A stretch of 64,000 nt of DNA from positions 806,001 to 870,000 of the forward strand of contig CP142729.1 in assembly GCA_036630325.1 (NCBI GenBank), given 5' to 3'. Under the pieces are notes generated by a model. It was not told the origin of the DNA, made no database searches, and was given only the letters and a program-made list of their open reading frames with translations. Each line of letters opens with the position of its first letter. Within the stretch, counting starts at the first letter, position 1. The position numbers and the translations under genes are program-made. Of the stretch, positions 61,453 to 64,000 are shown piece after piece. The DNA comes from Vairimorpha necatrix. Its lineage: Eukaryota.

Positions 61453-62390
61453 CTTTTGTACAAAATTCTGATTTTGCGAAGTTTACGTTTACGTTTACGT
61501 TGTAATGTTTTAATCTTGTAAACAGTTCTTTAAGTGTGTTAAGATGTGACTCGTAGTCCTTTGTAGCAATTATTATGTCGTCAATATATACTGAAATGTT
61601 ACTAATTCCGAAGAGTATTTTGTTCATGATTTTCTGAAAAGCTTTTGGTCCATTTTTTAATCCAAAAGGGAGTCGTTTAAACCTGAATGTTTTACCAAAT
61701 ATTGAAAATGCATCCCATTTTCTGCTTTCTTTTGCTAAAGTAATTAATTAAGTCCATTTGTTAAGTCTAATTTGCTTATTACTTCGATTTTACCAAGTTG
61801 ATAAATAATATCATCCATCTTTAGGATTGTACACTTCGTCTTCAACAAAATTATTAATCTCTTTGTAATCTACTATAAGTCTCATTTCCCCATTTTCTTC
61901 TTCTTGAAAAATGCAAGACTTGTGTTTCTTTCATTGTATTCTTCGATTATGTCAGCGTTTATTAGTCGTTGTATTTCGGCTATTGCGTCTTCTTTAAAGT
62001 TTGCGGGTACGGCATAGTTAATTTTCTTGATTTTTATGTCATTGTTTGAAACTTAGAATTTAACGTTATCTGTATTTATTGGACAATTTTCTTTGGTTTC
62101 TCATTTATAGTTATTTATAAATTCCTCAAGTCTATCTTCTTCCTGGGAGAAGTATTTCCCTTTGGGGTTTTCGAATTCTGTTTCTTCTACATTTATATTC
62201 ATGTTTATGATTGCATTGTTCCAGATTATTTTCCTTCTTTAAAATCTAGTATAAAATCGTTTCTCGAGGTGAAATCTCTACCAAGTAGGATGTTGACTGG
62301 TAGGTTTTTTAGTAAGTAAAATTCGATTTTACATGTCTCGTTTTGATCATTTAATTTTAAGTCTAGTTCTATGGTAGTAATAGTTCTTTC

Positions 62391-63504
62391 GGTGCATCTT
62401 TAGTAACGTGCCGGGATTTTGTTTTTTTAAAAAATATTTTTTTACCCCTAAAATGGACAACATCGATTTAGAAAACTCCGGCACGTTACTAAAGAAAAGC
62501 ACAAAAATTAAACTTGTGAATATACAAAGGCTTTTTTATAACGTTGACACTTGTTTAGAAGCTTTAATTGACTTAGAAGTGCTGAAGGAGCAAAAATCAT
62601 GTTCCAAATGTGGATGTAACATGAGATTGGGTCCTGTCAAGGAAGAAATCGTTACAAGAGTAGCATATCGCTGTTCGAACTACAAATGCAGTGCGCGGTT
62701 GGCTGTGAATAAAGGCTGCAAGGTTCCTCTTCATACATTCTGTGACCTTGTATTTGGAATATTATGCAGATATTCTTACTTTCAGTTGATGGCAAGATTG
62801 GGCGTTTCAACAGCTACAATCTCTGCCGTAAAAAGCAGCCTCAGAAAGATCTATAAAGATTTGCTAAAGAATAGAATTATAATCGAAGGACCCTGGCAAG
62901 TCGTTCAAGTAGATGAGTCTGTTATATGCAGAAGGGGTAAAATAAGATCTCCTACCTCTTCGGACGACTTTATAAGGGACACCGTTTGGATTTTGGGCAT
63001 AATAGATGTTCAAAATCCTTCAAACTTCTACATTACGAGGGTAGAGAATAGAACCATTGAGTGCCTTACTGCTGCTCTAGAGGGAAGAATTTGTGTAGGT
63101 TCGGTTTTACATAGCGATGGTCATCCTAGTTATCCTGGGGTGGCAGAAAATTTATGTCTAAGTCATCAAGTTGTTAATCATTCTATAGGTTTTTTATCTC
63201 CTGATGGTATTCATACAAATAATATTGAGAACGTATGGTCTCAACTTAAGTCTGAAATGACCAAAGAACATGGAGTAAAACGGTCGGAGATAGATACATG
63301 GCTCGATGAATTTATGTATAGGAAATTTATGCTTCGAGAAGATGATATGGAAGACTTCTATAAGGGTTTTGTTGATCTTTTATCTAAACTACTGAATTAA
63401 ATAAGCATTTTTATATCGTTTTCTTATTTTTTTTCAAAATTTTGTTAAATTTTTGTCTGTAAGGGGGGGGGTGTTACCTTCCGGCACGTTACTAAAGATG
63501 CACC
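62391..63504 (+). mobile_element. Intact Merlin (IS1595-like) DNA transposon, 1114 bp
   Basis: Perfect 24-bp TIR GGTGCATCTTTAGTAACGTGCCGG and 8-bp TSD GTTCTTTC. Confidence 0.97.
62453..63400 (+). CDS. Merlin DDE transposase (about 315 aa from MDNIDLE)
   Basis: CCCC-TAAA-ATG start, zinc ribbon, VQVDES, HSDGHPSY and HTNNIENVW motifs. Confidence 0.93.
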   Translation: MDNIDLENSGTLLKKSTKIKLVNIQRLFYNVDTCLEALIDLEVLKEQKSCSKCGCNMRLGPVKEEIVTRVAYRCSNYKCSARLAVNKGCKVPLHTFCDLVFGILCRYSYFQLMARLGVSTATISAVKSSLRKIYKDLLKNRIIIEGPWQVVQVDESVICRRGKIRSPTSSDDFIRDTVWILGIIDVQNPSNFYITRVENRTIECLTAALEGRICVGSVLHSDGHPSYPGVAENLCLSHQVVNHSIGFLSPDGIHTNNIENVWSQLKSEMTKEHGVKRSEIDTWLDEFMYRKFMLREDDMEDFYKGFVDLLSKLLN

Positions 63505-64000
63505 GTTCTTTCACTTGAATTACAACCGAAATGACATGAATTTCTTTATTTCCTTTAGGTGCAAGATCCCATTGTTTCACAAGGCCAACTTTAATATAGT
63601 TTAATCCTGCCCCACAGTCCAGAGTGCCTAATGCTGCGTGTTTTTTGTTAATTGTAACTGGAGTGTCTAACTGATCAATGATTGTTGGTGATTCTTAAAT
63701 AACATAATTCAAAAAGTTTTTATTTTCACCTGATTCCACCATCTGCCTCGATCGGATTTGATTGTTGTTGGGTGTTATGATTTTCCCTTTTCTATAATTT
63801 TTCTTAAAATTTCCCCTCGTGACTCTGTTTATATCAGATCGCTTATTGGTTTAGCTTGTCCACATTCTTAAGAGTGGCCCAGATACTTATGCTTTTTTGC
63901 ACCATTTCTTCATGAATTTTATACGGACGTGTTATTTATTTTTCTCGGTATACTGTATCTTATAATTAGAGCTTCTTCGATTCTTTTTGAGGCGACTGTA

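Larger units (their letters stand above)
59380..64000 (-). mobile_element. Decayed Ty3/Gypsy related to element A, running off the window
   Basis: 3' LTR starts TGTGGTATCCCACA at 59515 after PPT AGAAGAGGGCAGGA. Remnants of YIDD, RLPFGLKNGP, integrase and protease (GTLDCG). Confidence 0.8.

Overview
AT-rich eukaryotic DNA from a microsporidian. The SSU rRNA sequence and the SSU-ITS-LSU order fit Vairimorpha (V. necatrix-like, recognised from memory). Only two clear host protein genes are present: an EnP1-like spore wall protein and an orphan signal-peptide/GPI-type protein. One reduced rDNA unit lies on the minus strand (about 29.8-33.6 kb). Most of the rest is transposable elements. Downstream of the rDNA is an intact APE-RT LINE inside a 15-bp TSD with an odd ORF1-R-ORF2-R layout; R is a ~325-bp unit that also occurs as free copies. 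Upstream of the rDNA is an 18-kb nest: an old Ty3/Gypsy element holds an integrase-type TIR DNA transposon and a Merlin transposon, and the TIR transposon holds three young LTR elements. Two of these are ~3.15-kb elements with 49-bp LTRs and no visible protease. The right end holds decayed RLE-type non-LTR copies, a decayed Gypsy, a solo LTR and an intact Merlin. All calls come from reading the sequence by eye; no searches were run.
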